Of a stretch of 64,000 nt of DNA, positions 34,564-47,937 are shown one piece after another. The translations under genes and the position numbers were made by a program. The notes beneath the pieces are model-generated. The model saw only the letters and a list, made by a program, of their open reading frames with translations, was not told the origin of the DNA and did not search any database. Within the stretch, counting starts at the first letter, position 1, and each line of letters starts with the position of its first letter. Source of the stretch: Naegleria gruberi (taxonomy: Eukaryota); NCBI GenBank assembly GCA_000004985.1, contig GG738847.1. One strand, given 5' to 3'.

Positions 34564-34995
34564 TCCATTATCTTCTTCTTCTTCTTGTGGTGATGATGAT
34601 ACAGATGATGATTTATTCCTATTATTTTCCTCTCCATTATCATCATCATGATGCTGCTGTTGTTCTTGTTATGATGAATGTTCCGCTCTTCTAGTTCTAT
34701 TACATTGCTCATGTCCCCCACCACATGATGTTGTTGTTGTTGGTTTTGTGGTGGACATTTTTCTTCGAGTGACTGTTCGTTGTTGTTGTGATTTTGATGG
34801 ATGAGCTGTTAATGTGAATTGGGAAGAGCGAAGGATTTTATTGGATTGATGTGTTCAAAACCTTCTTTTGTTACTTTGACATATTTTATGCATGTGAAAA
34901 AGTTCAATAATAGTTGTGAAGAATAATTAATGTAAACAATTGCTACAAACAAAAATCAGTTATTTAATTAATTCTTCATTGTCAATTATTCCTCT

Positions 34996-36207
34996 TTATA
35001 TTGTAAGATCTATTAATTGTTTCATTTCAGTGAAGTATTTTGTTCCTTCTTCAGTAATAAAATTGTTTCTAATATCAAGTTTGGTCAATTGTTTCAATTC
35101 ACTAATGTATTTAGCTCCTTCATTACGAATCTTATTGTTATTAATATAGAGATAGATCAATTTCTTCAATTCTCCAATAGGCATAGCTCCTTTATCGCCT
35201 AAATGATTAGTTTTAATATCAAGATAGATCAATTGTTTCAATTCACTTAAATATTGAGCTCCTTCATCTCCAATTCTATTATAAGATAAATCAAGACTTT
35301 TTAATTGTGCCAATTGACCAAAATATTCAAGTCCTTCATCACCAATATCATTTTTACAAATATCAAGATTTTTCAATTGATTCAATGAACTAATGAATTT
35401 AGATCCTTCATTTCCAATACGATTGCTATTAATATGAAGAGTGGTCAATTGTTTCATTTTGCTTACATATTTAGCTCCTTCATCACCAAGCCAATTACTG
35501 GAAATATCAAGACAGGTCAATTGTGTTAATTCACTTAAATATTTAGCTCCTTCAGCACCAATATCATTTTCATCAATAGAAAGAGTGGTCAATTGTTTCA
35601 ATTCACTTATGTATTTAGATCCTTCATTACCAACACGATTGCAAAAAATAATAAGAGTGGTCAATTGTTTCAATTCTCTTAAATGTTTAGCTCCATACTC
35701 AGAAATACCATTACTAGGAATACTAAGATAGGTCAATTGTTTCAATTCACTAATATATCGAACTCCCTCATCACCAATATGACTTCCATAAATCGTAAGT
35801 TTGGTCAATTGTTTCAATTCACTTATATATTTAACTCCTTCTTCATCATCACATCTAATGATAAGTTTAGTTAATGATTTCATCAAGATTAATTTTCTAT
35901 AGGTATCCCTTGTGATCACACCAACTTTAAGAGTTGCAATATTCTGTAAAAATCGGCCACTCATTCCACCAACACCACCAAATCTACAATTCAGATTGAG
36001 ATGATTACATGTTGATAAAATAACATGGAACCACTCTTTGGATACCAATGCACAATTCATGACAATAAATTTAAAATCATCCAAGAAGGACAAAATTTCA
36101 TAAATAATGTCAGTGGGGAATTTATAATCTTGCGACAGTAAGTTCTCCGTACTTGTTTCTGCTTCTTCTTTGTGTGAAAGTTGGATACACATTGTGTGTT
36201 TGTCCAT
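34996..36207 (-). CDS. F-box + RNI-like leucine-rich-repeat protein
   Basis: N-terminal F-box (DIIYEILSFLDDFKFIVMNCALVSKEWFHVI), then about eleven 24-aa LRRs of the form LKQLT.L.I..N.IG.EGAKYISE. Confidence 0.85.
   Translation of the reverse strand: MDKHTMCIQLSHKEEAETSTENLLSQDYKFPTDIIYEILSFLDDFKFIVMNCALVSKEWFHVILSTCNHLNLNCRFGGVGGMSGRFLQNIATLKVGVITRDTYRKLILMKSLTKLIIRCDDEEGVKYISELKQLTKLTIYGSHIGDEGVRYISELKQLTYLSIPSNGISEYGAKHLRELKQLTTLIIFCNRVGNEGSKYISELKQLTTLSIDENDIGAEGAKYLSELTQLTCLDISSNWLGDEGAKYVSKMKQLTTLHINSNRIGNEGSKFISSLNQLKNLDICKNDIGDEGLEYFGQLAQLKSLDLSYNRIGDEGAQYLSELKQLIYLDIKTNHLGDKGAMPIGELKKLIYLYINNNKIRNEGAKYISELKQLTKLDIRNNFITEEGTKYFTEMKQLIDLTI
35050..35880. repeat. 72-bp coding LRR tandem array
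   Basis: A repeated DNA unit ...ttggtcaattgtttcaattcact(t/a)a(a/t)tatt(t/g)agctccttcat(t/c)accaa... recurs every 72 bp. Confidence 0.7.
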
Positions 36208-36653
36208 TTTTTTTGATAAATCAGCGGATCAACTTGTCAAGAGTTAACAATCAATATGGCAAAAACGTGGTCTTCATGTACAGCCGCTACAGTATTGTTA
36301 GGTTGTTTGGTATTTTAAGAAATAAACAAGTTATCTTTGAACAGCTTCCTCTTCAGAAAGTCCACAACATCCATATTCATACTAGTGATTAAATATTGAT
36401 GTTGTAACATTATCGTAATCCATTAATTTGGTACCTTGTTGTCAAGCGACTGGCTAATAATTACCATAATTGCAAAAGGTGGTGAGTTCAGTGTTTTTCT
36501 ATTTTTCCAATTAATTATATTTCAAATATTCCATAAATCTAATACTATCTATTATCAAGAAGCGAGTGATTTGGCGCCAATTTGAAACTGGGTTGGATAA
36601 GACAGTTACATTTTACAAATTAAGAAATTACCTAAAATGTAAATTTCAAAAAA

Positions 36654-39600
36654 ATGTACATAAAACCATCAAGATCCTCTTCACAGCTGAACAAACACTT
36701 CATATTCCTATTGATTCTCATCATATTGTCCATTTCCTTCATTAATGCACAATCCAAGACAATCATCTTCCTTCCCTTCTGTTCCTCCCTCACAATCTCT
36801 CCAACCAGTAAGGTATTGAGCTCCAACTCACTCTCTCTTACAATATCAGCTCCGAACACTCTGTGGTAGGTTTATCATATATTCGGAATGTTAACATTTG
36901 TAAATTGTTAAGGTTGCCAAAATCAACAGGCCAATATTATCAATTGAACACCTTGACAGCGAGTGATGCTACTGAACAGATCAAGTCACTAGTCGTTCTG
37001 TCTGATCCTAAGGCTGGTGTTGCTAGATCTCCTTCAACTGTTTCTGTTCTATCTGCTTCATCATTTAGTGTTCAATTTACTGGATTGACTAGCAATGCTC
37101 GATTCACATTATTAATTGCTTATGGATTTGCTTATTTGGATGTGGAAACTACCAGTTATGTTCAATTAATTATGATATCCTCACAGTCAGTGTATAACTA
37201 TGCTACAGGAACAGCTCAAATTGAGACATTTGCTTTACAGAACTCGTATGAGAGCTCATTGGGTCAATTTTGTTTATCTAATTTATCTCCATATGCATTG
37301 ACATATCTTTCTCAAATTGATAATATTCGAAACAATGTATTTTCATCTCCATATCTTCAATCTCAAAAATTAATTCTCAATGGTAAATGGAATGGACAAC
37401 CAACTTTACAAAAAATTACAGAATTTGTTTCGAATGGATTCACCTATCAATTGAAGAGTAGTATTGATATCCAATTCCAAGAATTAGCAAATACTCAAAT
37501 CATAATTCCTTTACAATTCAAGAGACATATTGGAGCTGTCTTTGAAAAGATTGATATTGATGATTTCAAGATTAGTGAAAGACCAGCTGATCCGCAAGAA
37601 TTGGAAAGTCTATTCGAAAGGATACGTCAAGAAACTATCTTTTACAAGGTGAGTCTTGATCCTAATACCGCTCCAGTCTCTCAGGAATATTTAACAGGAG
37701 CAGCTGCTGAAACTAATGTTGCCATTCTAATGACCTATGCCTATTACTGGGCAGATTTCTTTGATTGGTATCGTAATCCAATGGTCAGAGTGATAATCAA
37801 GGATGGTATTATTGGAATGATTAGTATTTCAGTGGCAGGTCTCAATTATTTCACATGTCCTTATGGTTCTCTTCGTAGTGAGATACAACACTTTACTCAG
37901 GGAGACTCCTACCATTCGATTGGTTATTCCTCCATCCATTCGATATACACATTTGCCTATGATCAAAAGAATTGGAAAATCAATACGCAAGTGAATATCA
38001 ATACTAATGGAATGGTTGCAAATGTTGCCAGCCTGTCAAATTTTGAAAATTCCTTGAGTTGCATTGATGGAAATTTCAAAGTAACCCTCTCGGATAATGT
38101 ACTAGCAGATTATGAAAGCTTTTTCACTGATAACTATATGATTTCCAAGATTGATACTAGAATGTCCATTCAGTCAATTGAAAATTTTACACTTCTCTAC
38201 GTTGACGATTTGGGAAGTGAATTCACAGGCCCATTAATTACACCAGAGAGTTTCGTTGGAGATTTGCAATTCAATCCAGGATTTTGTGATGAAACTATTG
38301 GTACTGGATTAGGAAATCAATTATCTTACTATTTTTCTTCTAGTGATTTTTCAGTCGAAAGGTTTCCAGAATATTCGACAAGATTGAGCTATGAAAATGG
38401 AGTTTCTTATCTTTCAGATACAAATTCTGTTGGTTTAAAGTATTCCAATCATGAATATTTGCAGGATTTCTCCATAGAAATTGATCAATCTATTCTATTA
38501 TATAAGGAACCCAAAGTTTCATCTGTGAATTTCACATTAATTCCAAATCGTTCAGAATGGAATGAAATGAATGCTACAATTCAAATATTTTCCTTTAACA
38601 GTGGGGATTGGGGTGGTGAATTCACTGTTGAATTGACTTGTTCCTATCCAATCATAATTTCCAATAATTCGCCTCAGAAATTCAACGTGGAGCCAGGACA
38701 AAACTTTACAGCCTTCTTCACTGTCAAGAGTGATTTCGACTCGTGCAAAACTGTATCCCTCCAATCTGTGTGTGATTTCAAAATTTCCATCAAGAAAGAA
38801 CAATTGTGGACTAATCTAGAAAAGGAAATTTCTGCCCATGAATCTGTGGCCATAGATTATGGATATTTCATTCCAAGATGTCAAGCCAAATATAATGAAC
38901 CATTCCTCTGGCTGGAGAATATGACCCTATCCTCTCCATATTTCCAGAGAAGTGCCCATGATGGATTTGTCAACTCAATTCTCGTAGTTTTGAAAACTAA
39001 TAGTTCAGATTTAATCCTTTCGAATATTGCAAGCGGTCTGTTGGCAGATTCTAATAATCCATTCCACTCATGGAAAGATTACTCAATTATTATGCAACAT
39101 GCTGAATATTACATGTTGAACTTTACGATTTCAAGCACAAACGTTGCTAGAATTTTAAGTGAACGAGTTGACCAAACGCTTTACACATTCTCCCTCAATT
39201 TAACTCTATTAGATAATTATATTTGTTGGTCAACAAATGGAAAAGGAGGAATCTTCCCATTTTCCTTTAGTGTTGCCTACGATTGTCCAATCGAGTATAC
39301 CGGTATCCAATGTGATATTCCATTATGTTATGGAATTAATGCAACCAATTATACGAACGTATGTTCAGGTCATGGTGATTGTGTATCGCCAGATTATTGT
39401 TCCTGTCATGCAAATTACACATCTGCCACCTGTTCTGTTCCTATTTGTTATGGTGTTCGTGGAGATAATTTATCTACTTGCTCATCCAAAGGTTCTTGTA
39501 TAGATGCTAATACCTGTACCTGTCAGAATGGTTATACAGGTGTCAATTGTGAAATTCCAATTTGTTTCAATGTTCCAGCTAATTTTTCACATTCATGTTA

Positions 39601-42600
39601 TGGACATGGTAACTGCATTGATCATGATCTTTGTTCATGTAATGATGGATACACTGCTTCATTGAATTGTTCACTTCCAATATGTTATGGATTAGATTCT
39701 AGTCAGCTAATTGTTTGTTCTTCACATGGACAATGTTTGGCTCCAAATAATTGTTCATGTTTTGATGGTTTTACATTCGATAATTGTTCAATTCCAATTT
39801 GTTACAATATTGATGCTTCCAATAGTTCAGTGTGTACTGGATTTGGTGAATGTTATTCTCCAAATAATTGTAAATGTCATGAAAATCATATTGGATTACA
39901 ATGTGAAATTCCAATTTGTTTTGGAGTTCCATCAAATGAAACTCAGTCGTGTAATGGTAATGGACAATGTATTCAATATAATGAATGTGTGTGTCATTTA
40001 GATTATACAGGACTCAATTGCTCCATTCCAATATGTTTTGGAAGTAATGCCACCAACCCAACTGTTTGTTCTTCGCATGGCGTTTGCCAAGCACCAGATC
40101 AATGTCAATGTCATGAAGGATATACTGGAATACAATGTGAAATTCCAATTTGTTTCAACATTCCAGCAACCAATTCCAGCACATGTTCATTCCATGGAGA
40201 ATGTATCGACCATAATCTTTGCACATGTCATGATGGATACACTGCTGCATTGAATTGCTCCCTTCCAATATGTTATGGATTAGATTCTAGTCAATCAATG
40301 GTTTGTTCTTCACATGGTCAATGTTTGGCTCCAAATAACTGTACATGTTTTGATGGTTTTACATTCGATAATTGTTCCATTCCAATTTGTTACAACATAG
40401 ATGCTTCCAATAGTTCAGTATGTAGTGGATTTGGTGAATGTTATTCTCCAAATAATTGTAAATGTCATGAAAATCATATTGGATTACAATGTGAAATTCC
40501 AATTTGTTTTGGCGTGCCATCAAATGAAACTCAAGCTTGCAATGGTAACGGACAATGTATTCAATATAACGAGTGTGTGTGCCACTCAGATTATACAGGA
40601 ATAGACTGTTCAATTCCAATATGTTTTGGAATTAATGCTACTAATCAAAGTCATGTTTGTTTTTCACATGGTATTTGTCAAAAACCAGATCAATGCCAAT
40701 GTCATGAAGGATATACTGGAATGCAATGTGAAATTCCAATTTGTTTCAATATTCCAGCTATTAATTCCAGCACATGTTCATTCCATGGAGAATGCATTGA
40801 TTTCAATCATTGTTCTTGTCATGATGGATACACTGCTTCATTGAATTGTTCACTTCCAATATGTTATGGATTGGATTCTAGTCAGCTAATGGTTTGTTCT
40901 TCACATGGTCAATGTTTGGCTCCAAATAATTGTTCATGTTATGAAGGATATACAGCTGAAAATTGTTCCATTCCAATTTGTTACAACATTGATGCTTCCA
41001 ATAGTTCAGTATGTAGTGGATTTGGTGAATGTACTTTTCCAAATAATTGTAAATGTCATGAAAATCATGTTGGATTACAGTGTGAAATTCCACTTTGTTT
41101 TGGCGTGCCATCAAATGAAACTCAGTCTTGCAATGGTAATGGACAATGTGTTCAATATAATGAATGTGTGTGTCATTCAAATTATACAGGAATAGATTGC
41201 TCAATTCCATTATGTTTCAATATCAATGCCACCAACCCAACTGTTTGTTCTTCGCATGGTATTTGTCAATCACCAGATCAATGCCAATGTCATGAAGGAT
41301 ATACTGGAATGCAATGTGAAATTCCAATTTGTTTCAACATTTCAGCTAATGATTCCAGTACATGTTCATCCCATGGAGAATGTATCGATTTCATGATCTT
41401 TCACTGTCATGATGGATACACTTCAGCAAATTGTTCAATTCCAATATGTTATGGATTAGATTCTAGTCAATCAATGGTTTGTTCTTCACATGGACAATGT
41501 TTGGCTCCAAATAACTGTACATGTTTTGATGGTTTTACATCTGATAATTGTTCAATTCCAATTTGTTACAACATAGATGCTTCCAATAGTTCAGTATGTA
41601 GTGGATTTGGTGAATGTTACTTTTCCAAATAATTGTAAATGTCATGAAAATCATGTTGGATTACAGTGTGAAATTCCACTTTGTTTTGGCGTGCCATCAA
41701 ATGAAACTCAATCTTGCAATGGTAATGGACAATGTGTTCAATATAATGAATGTGTGTGTCATTCAAATTATACAGGAATAGATTGCTCAATTCCATTATG
41801 TTTCAATATCAATGCCACCAACCCAACTGTTTGTTCTTCGCATGGTATTTGTCAATCACCAGATCAATGCCAATGTCATGAAGGATATACTGGAATGCAA
41901 TGTGAAATTCCAATTTGTTTCAACATTTCAGCTAATGATTCCAGTACATGTTCATCTCATGGAGAATGTATCGATCATGATCTGTTGCACATGTCATGAT
42001 GGATACACTTCAGAAAATTGTTCAATTCCAATATGTTATGGATTAGATTCCAGTCAGTCAATGGTTTGCTCCTCGCATGGCCAATGCTTAGCTCCAAATA
42101 ATTGTTCGTGTTTTGAAGGTTTTACATTCGATAATTGTTCCATTCCAATTTGTTACAACATAGACGCCACCAACCAATCAGTATGTAGTGGATTTGGTGA
42201 ATGTTCTTCTCCAAATAATTGTAAATGTCATGAAAATCATGTGGGATTACAATGTGAAATTCCGCTATGTTTTGGAATTGCATCAAATGAAACTTTGGCA
42301 TCGTGCAATGGAAACGGCCATTGTTTTGCAGTGGATTCTTGCTCTTGTAATCAAAATTATACTGGAGCCAATTGTTCTATTCCTATTTGCTTTGACTTCA
42401 ATGCCACCAATTCGAAGGTATGTTCGGGACATGGAAGTTGTTCGAAACCAAACTATTGCGAATGTTTTGAAGGTTATATGGACACCCAATGTGAAACTCC
42501 AATTTGTTTTGATATTCCAGCAACTATGAATAATACCTGTTCTGAAAATGGCATTTGCCAAGATTACAATCATTGTAATTGTAGCTCTGGGTTTACTTCT

Positions 42601-45600
42601 TCAAATTGTTCAATTCCTATTTGTTTCGGTTCGAATGCCACTGACGAAACAGTATGTTCCTCACATGGTCAATGTCTTTCTCCTAATAATTGTTCCTGCA
42701 GTGATGGATACATGCATTCAGATTGTTCTCATCCAATTTGTTTCGGGCTTGAATCAACTAATCGAAACTCTTGTTCTACTCATGGCACTTGCATTTCACC
42801 AAATTCATGTCAATGTGATGGCAATCATGTAGGTGACATGTGCGAAATTCCACTTTGTTTCAATATCCCGGCCAATCATAACTCAACTTGCAGCTCAAGT
42901 GGAAAATGCATTGGTGTGAATTTGTGTGAATGTTATGGAAATTTCACAGGAATGAACTGTTCTGTTCCAATTTGTTTTGATGAGAATTCAACTTCCATTA
43001 TGAGTTGCTCGTCGAGAGGAAGATGTATTGGACCCAACCTGTGTGAATGTCAAGTTGGATATACTGGTAGCGTTTGTGAGTATCCTGTTTGTTACGGTTT
43101 CTATTCGGAAGATGTAAATTCATGTTCAGGACATGGAGAATGTATTGACTATAACAAATGTCAATGTGAAAATGGGTACGTTACTGAGAATTGTTCCATT
43201 CCTGTGTGTTTTGGTTTGAATAGTTCAGATTCCAATGTTTGTGCTTCCCATGGCGATTGCTTGTCACCAAATAATTGTTCATGCCATGAAGGATTTACAT
43301 CAATCAATTGTTCCATTTCAATTTGTTATAATTCACCTGCCACTGACCCATTTGCATGCAATGGAAAAGGAAATTGTGTAAATCCAAATGAATGCGCCTG
43401 TCAAGAAGGTAACATAGGATTACAATGTGAGATTCCACTTTGTTTTGGCGTGCCATCAAATGAAACTCAGTCTTGTAGTGGTAATGGAGAATGTATTCAA
43501 TATAATGAATGTATGTGTCATTCAAATTTTACAGGACTCAATTGTTCCATTCCAATATGTTTTGGTATAAATGCCACTGATCAAAGTCACGTTTGTTTTT
43601 CACATGGTATTTGTCAAGAACCAGATCAGTGTCAGTGTCATGAAGGATATACTGGAATACAATGTGAAATTCCAATTTGTTTCAATATTCCAGCAACCAA
43701 TTCCAGTACCTGTGCATCCAATGGAGTTTGCATTGATTTCAATAATTGTTCTTGTCTTGATGGATACACTTCGGAAAATTGCTCCCTCCCAATATGTTAT
43801 GAATTGGATTCTGGTAAATCAATGGTTTGTTCTTCACATGGTCAATGTTTGGCTCCAAATAATTGTACATGCCTTGAAAGATTTACATTCGATAATTGCT
43901 CCATTCCAATTTGTTACAATATTGATGCTTCAAATAGTTCAGTATGTAGTGGATTTGGTGAATGTTCTTCTCCAAATAATTGCAAATGTCATGAAAATCA
44001 TATTGGATTACAATGTGAAATTCCACTTTGTTTTGGAATTCCATCAAATGAAACTCAGTCGTGTAATGGTAATGGACAATGTATTCAATATAATGAATGT
44101 GTGTGTAATTCAGATTATACAGGAATAGACTGTTCAATTCCAATATGTTTTGGAAGTAATGCCACCAACCTAACTGTTTGTTCTTCGCATGGTATTTGTC
44201 AATCACCAGATCAATGTCAATGCCAAGAAGGATACACAGGTACCAACTGTGAAATTCCCATTTGTTTCAACATTCCAGCTAATGATTCCAGTACATGTTC
44301 ATCCAATGGAGAGTGCATTGATTTCAATAATTGTTCTTGTCATGATGGATACACTTCAGAAAATTGTTCAATTCCAATATGTTTCAATTTGAATAGTACT
44401 GATTCTAGTGTTTGTAACTCTAATGGAATTTGTACTTCCCCTGACAAGTGTCAATGCCAAGAAAATTTCACAGGTGAAAATTGCTCAATTCCAATATGTT
44501 TCGGATTGGCAGCAAACTCAAGCGGGGCATGCTCCGCATCTGGAAGTTGTGTTTATCCCAATACATGCCTCTGCAACCAAGGAATCATTGGCATTAATTG
44601 TGAAATACCTTCCTGTTTTGGAATATTCCAAAATAATAGCCAATCCTGCTCAGGAAATGGAATTTGCATTGAACTGAACAAATGCTCATGCTACCTAAAC
44701 TTCACAGGTGAATCCTGCTTAATTTCTGCATGTAATGGTATTGCCTCTAATGATAGCTCTGTTTGTTCCGGAAAAGGAAAATGCACAGCTCCAAATCTTT
44801 GTGAATCATGTGAGGAAAATTACTTTGGAGAATGGTGTGAAATTTCACAATGTTTTGGAATATTCTCGAATCAGAGTCAAGTTTGTTCTGAAAATGGAAA
44901 GTGTGAATCTTACAATAATTGTAATTGCTCAATGGGTTATGTTGGGGAAAATTGTAATATTCCTGTATGCTTTAAAATTAATTCAACCGATGAAAATGTT
45001 TGTAATTCTAATGGAATTTGTACTTCTCCTGATTTGTGTTCATGTAATTCCAAATATGGAGGTTTAGAATGTTCAGAACCGAAATGTTTTGGAAAAACAA
45101 CATTAGAAGGTGCATGCAGCTCGAAAGGTAATTGCACACAACCAGATTCATGTACTTGTGAGAAAGGTTTCTTTGGTATTTCATGTGAATTGCATTCTTG
45201 TTTTGGAATTCAATTGAATGATTCGAGTGTGATTTGTTCTGGACATGGTGAATGCAAATCTCTGGACGAATGTGAATGTGACAGTGGTTACTTAGGTGAA
45301 TCATGCTCCATCCACACCTGTTTTGGGATTACATTCAATGAGAGTGGTGTTTGCAGTGGAAATGGAAGTTGCTCAAGTTTGGACAACTGTACCTGTTATG
45401 GAGATGGAAAATTCTATGCAAATTGTACTTTAATTCCAAGTGATTCTCCAATAATTGATAGTGATGTACCTTCGAATCATACAGAAATATCCAATAATTC
45501 AAGTTCTTATCCAAATTGCTTTAACATTTCGGCAAATCATTCGAATGTTTGCAATGGAAATGGAAATTGCACAAGTGAAAATGAATGCAAATGCAGAGAG

Positions 45601-47835
45601 GGATATTTTGGTGGGGAATGTTCTCTATTTGCATGTTTTGGAAAGGAATCAGCTGATTCAAGTGTTTGTTCATCCAATGGAATATGCGCGAGTCCAAATA
45701 CTTGTAAATGTCGACCAGAAAGATATGGCTCTCAGTGTCAACTTGTCAAATGTTTTGAAATTCTTTCTAATCAGTCCAATGTTTGTTCCAGTAAGGGTTC
45801 ATGTCAAGATACCAACGCATGCATATGTAATGAGGGCTATTTCGGCCCCATGTGTAATATCACAAGTTGTGAAGGAATTTTGAGTAATAATTCTCAAGTT
45901 TGTAATGGAAGTGGACAATGCACTCATTACAACACTTGCCAATGTAAGGAAGGATTCATTGGATTGAACTGCCAATTCACCAAATGCAACTCTACATCGT
46001 GTAGGCATGGAAGTTGCATCACTACCTCTCAGTGTGAATGCGAAAGTGGATGGACAAGCTCGGAATGCAATCTTCCTATTTGTTACGATTTGTTGGCAAG
46101 TGACTCGAATGTTTGTTCTACACATGGCAAATGTATAGCTCCAAATAAGTGTAACTGCTCCACAAATCCATTGTACATGGGTGATAAGTGCCAATACTTA
46201 CAATTAGATAGTTTGCAATGTAGTATTAATCCATCACTCAATTTGATACCAATTGAGTGGACAATTTCAGGATTGGATAAAATAACATTTGATATGAGCT
46301 CGAAGGAAATACTTGTTAGAAACAGTATCCCATACAGTACATCTCTCCATTCCAAATCAAAATTCAACTACGAGCTCAATATTTACAACACTGGAAAGCG
46401 ATCTTTCAATTATCAAATTAATTCATTCTGTGAAAATGGAATTTCATTCAAACAATTGGGAATTTCTTCTCAATTCGGATTATTACAAGAAGGAAACAAT
46501 GCAAATATTAAGGATTTACAAAATATTGGATTTGCTCTCTTTTGGAATGATGAAAGTTTGAAATATGAAGATATTAAATGTCATGTCGAATTAATAGTCA
46601 ATCCGAAAGATCAATTCGATGAATGTCAACACTACGATTCGAATACTGAAACATCCTCCAAATATAATATTACTCTCATATTGGAACGTACAAATGTTTG
46701 TCAATTTTTGAAAGAAACAGATTTACCACTGACCTTTTCAAGCACTCAATTGTCAACCATGAGTGAAATAGCTCTAATTGATGAAAATATTCTTTCAGAT
46801 AACGATATTCTCAAAATTATTAATACATTCACTCAAAAGAGGAATAACTGGCAAATAATTAATAAGGACAACAGTACTCTTCAAGCTAACATCTTGTTAA
46901 CTGCCCAGTTGAGTAATCCAAACAATGAATTGGGACTTTTTGTTCCATCTCTGATATGTAAGGATGAAAGAATTGTTGATGACATAGAATTTACCACAGA
47001 ATATCTTTCCAATCAATCTCCATTCTCCATTTCTCACTCTCTACAAAAGATTCAATTCCAATTCAATGTTACAATTAAGAATGTTTCGAATTATGTTGAT
47101 TATGGTAGAGTGAGAGGAGGAAAGGAAGGAATGGCAACAGTTCTCATTGAGGACATGCTCCTTAATTGTTCTCTCATTCTCCTACCAAATCCATCTGAGT
47201 GTTGGTCCAACACGAATAGAAATTCCACATTCTCCAAATATATCATTTCACACTTTACACTGCCAATTGTTTCTGGTGAATTTTCATTCTTCCAAGCTGT
47301 GAGATCCTTCGAAATAGGTATCATTACACTTACCTACACTTGTATGGGCATTGGTTTTGCATCCATGATATGCACGACCAAAGTTCCTCGAGATCGAAAA
47401 CATTCTCTGCTCCAACTTGTAGAATTTGTCAAGGAAAAGAGAAGAAACAAACTCAACTCTACATCTGATGACTCCAAACCACTCCTAGAGAATCAAATTG
47501 ATAGGCCATACTGTGAAAATTGTGGTCATCACACTCGGAAGAAAGCTCGTTATGCCATTCGTGTGGAAAATTATGATGCTAATTGCGAAATGTTCATTTG
47601 TGAGAATCAGGTATGTTTTGAAGCCATGATCTCTCTCCACAATAGAGGATACTCCCATCACTATCAATGTTTCGACTTGGATAAAGAAGAAGATTGTCAA
47701 CTCATGATTGAAACACCATTCAAGACACTTGCTGATAATTTTGATGAGTCGGATATTTATGAATCTATGGATATTGAATTTCCAATACCTTCCGATATCA
47801 ATGATGATGAAGAAGATGACTCTGATTTATTCTAA
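36654..47835 (+). CDS. giant type I membrane protein with ~75 six-Cys EGF-like modules; interrupted by two +1 frameshifts
   Basis: Exon 1 (36654..36865) encodes a signal peptide (HFIFLLILIILSISFINAQS). A 47-nt GTAGGT...GTTAAG intron joins it in phase to exon 2 at 36913. An ~800-aa N-terminal domain is followed by EGF-like units of the form C.IPIC(Y/F)x4-9C.xHGxCxxPxxCxCxxGYTGxxC, then a stem, a TM helix (IGIITLTYTCMGIGFASMICTT) and an acidic cytoplasmic tail. The frame breaks at about 41617 and 41984, so the ORF track splits it into 36863..41632, 41577..41999 and 41812..47835. Confidence 0.75.
39640..44400. repeat. ~580-bp super-repeat (5 EGF modules each) array with very high inter-copy nucleotide identity
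   Basis: The module order YGLDSSQ / YNIDASN / FGVPSNETQ / FGINATN / FNIPATN recurs about eight times. Copies are nearly identical at the DNA level and become more divergent downstream to about 46200. Confidence 0.8.
41040..42000. repeat. near-identical direct tandem duplication (~580 bp, two copies)
   Basis: 41040..41620 and 41620..42000 differ at only a few positions. The junction copy carries two single-base insertions relative to the other copies: tgtTactttt instead of tgtactttt, and ctGttgc instead of ctttgc. Confidence 0.75.
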
Positions 47836-47937
47836 TCTAAATTGTTGGTATTTTTTTAATATAATAAAAAATAACAACTTGTTTTATTTAAATTTTGGCG
47901 GGAATGAAGAGTGAACTTGTAAAACCATAAAAAAAAA

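Noticed and set aside
39640-44400. Regular 580-bp repeat array as a CRISPR or satellite
   Set aside because: The repeats are long, in-frame and protein-coding (EGF modules), with no unique spacers. This is a coding super-repeat, not CRISPR.
39237-45883. Many 60-190-aa ORFs inside the EGF array on both strands, for example 39237..39503, 39711..40001, 40359..40619, 40878..41210, 43571..44128 and 45455..45883
   Set aside because: They are alternative-frame or antisense shadows of the highly repetitive, stop-poor EGF coding sequence. They repeat with the same 580-bp period and have no independent start context.
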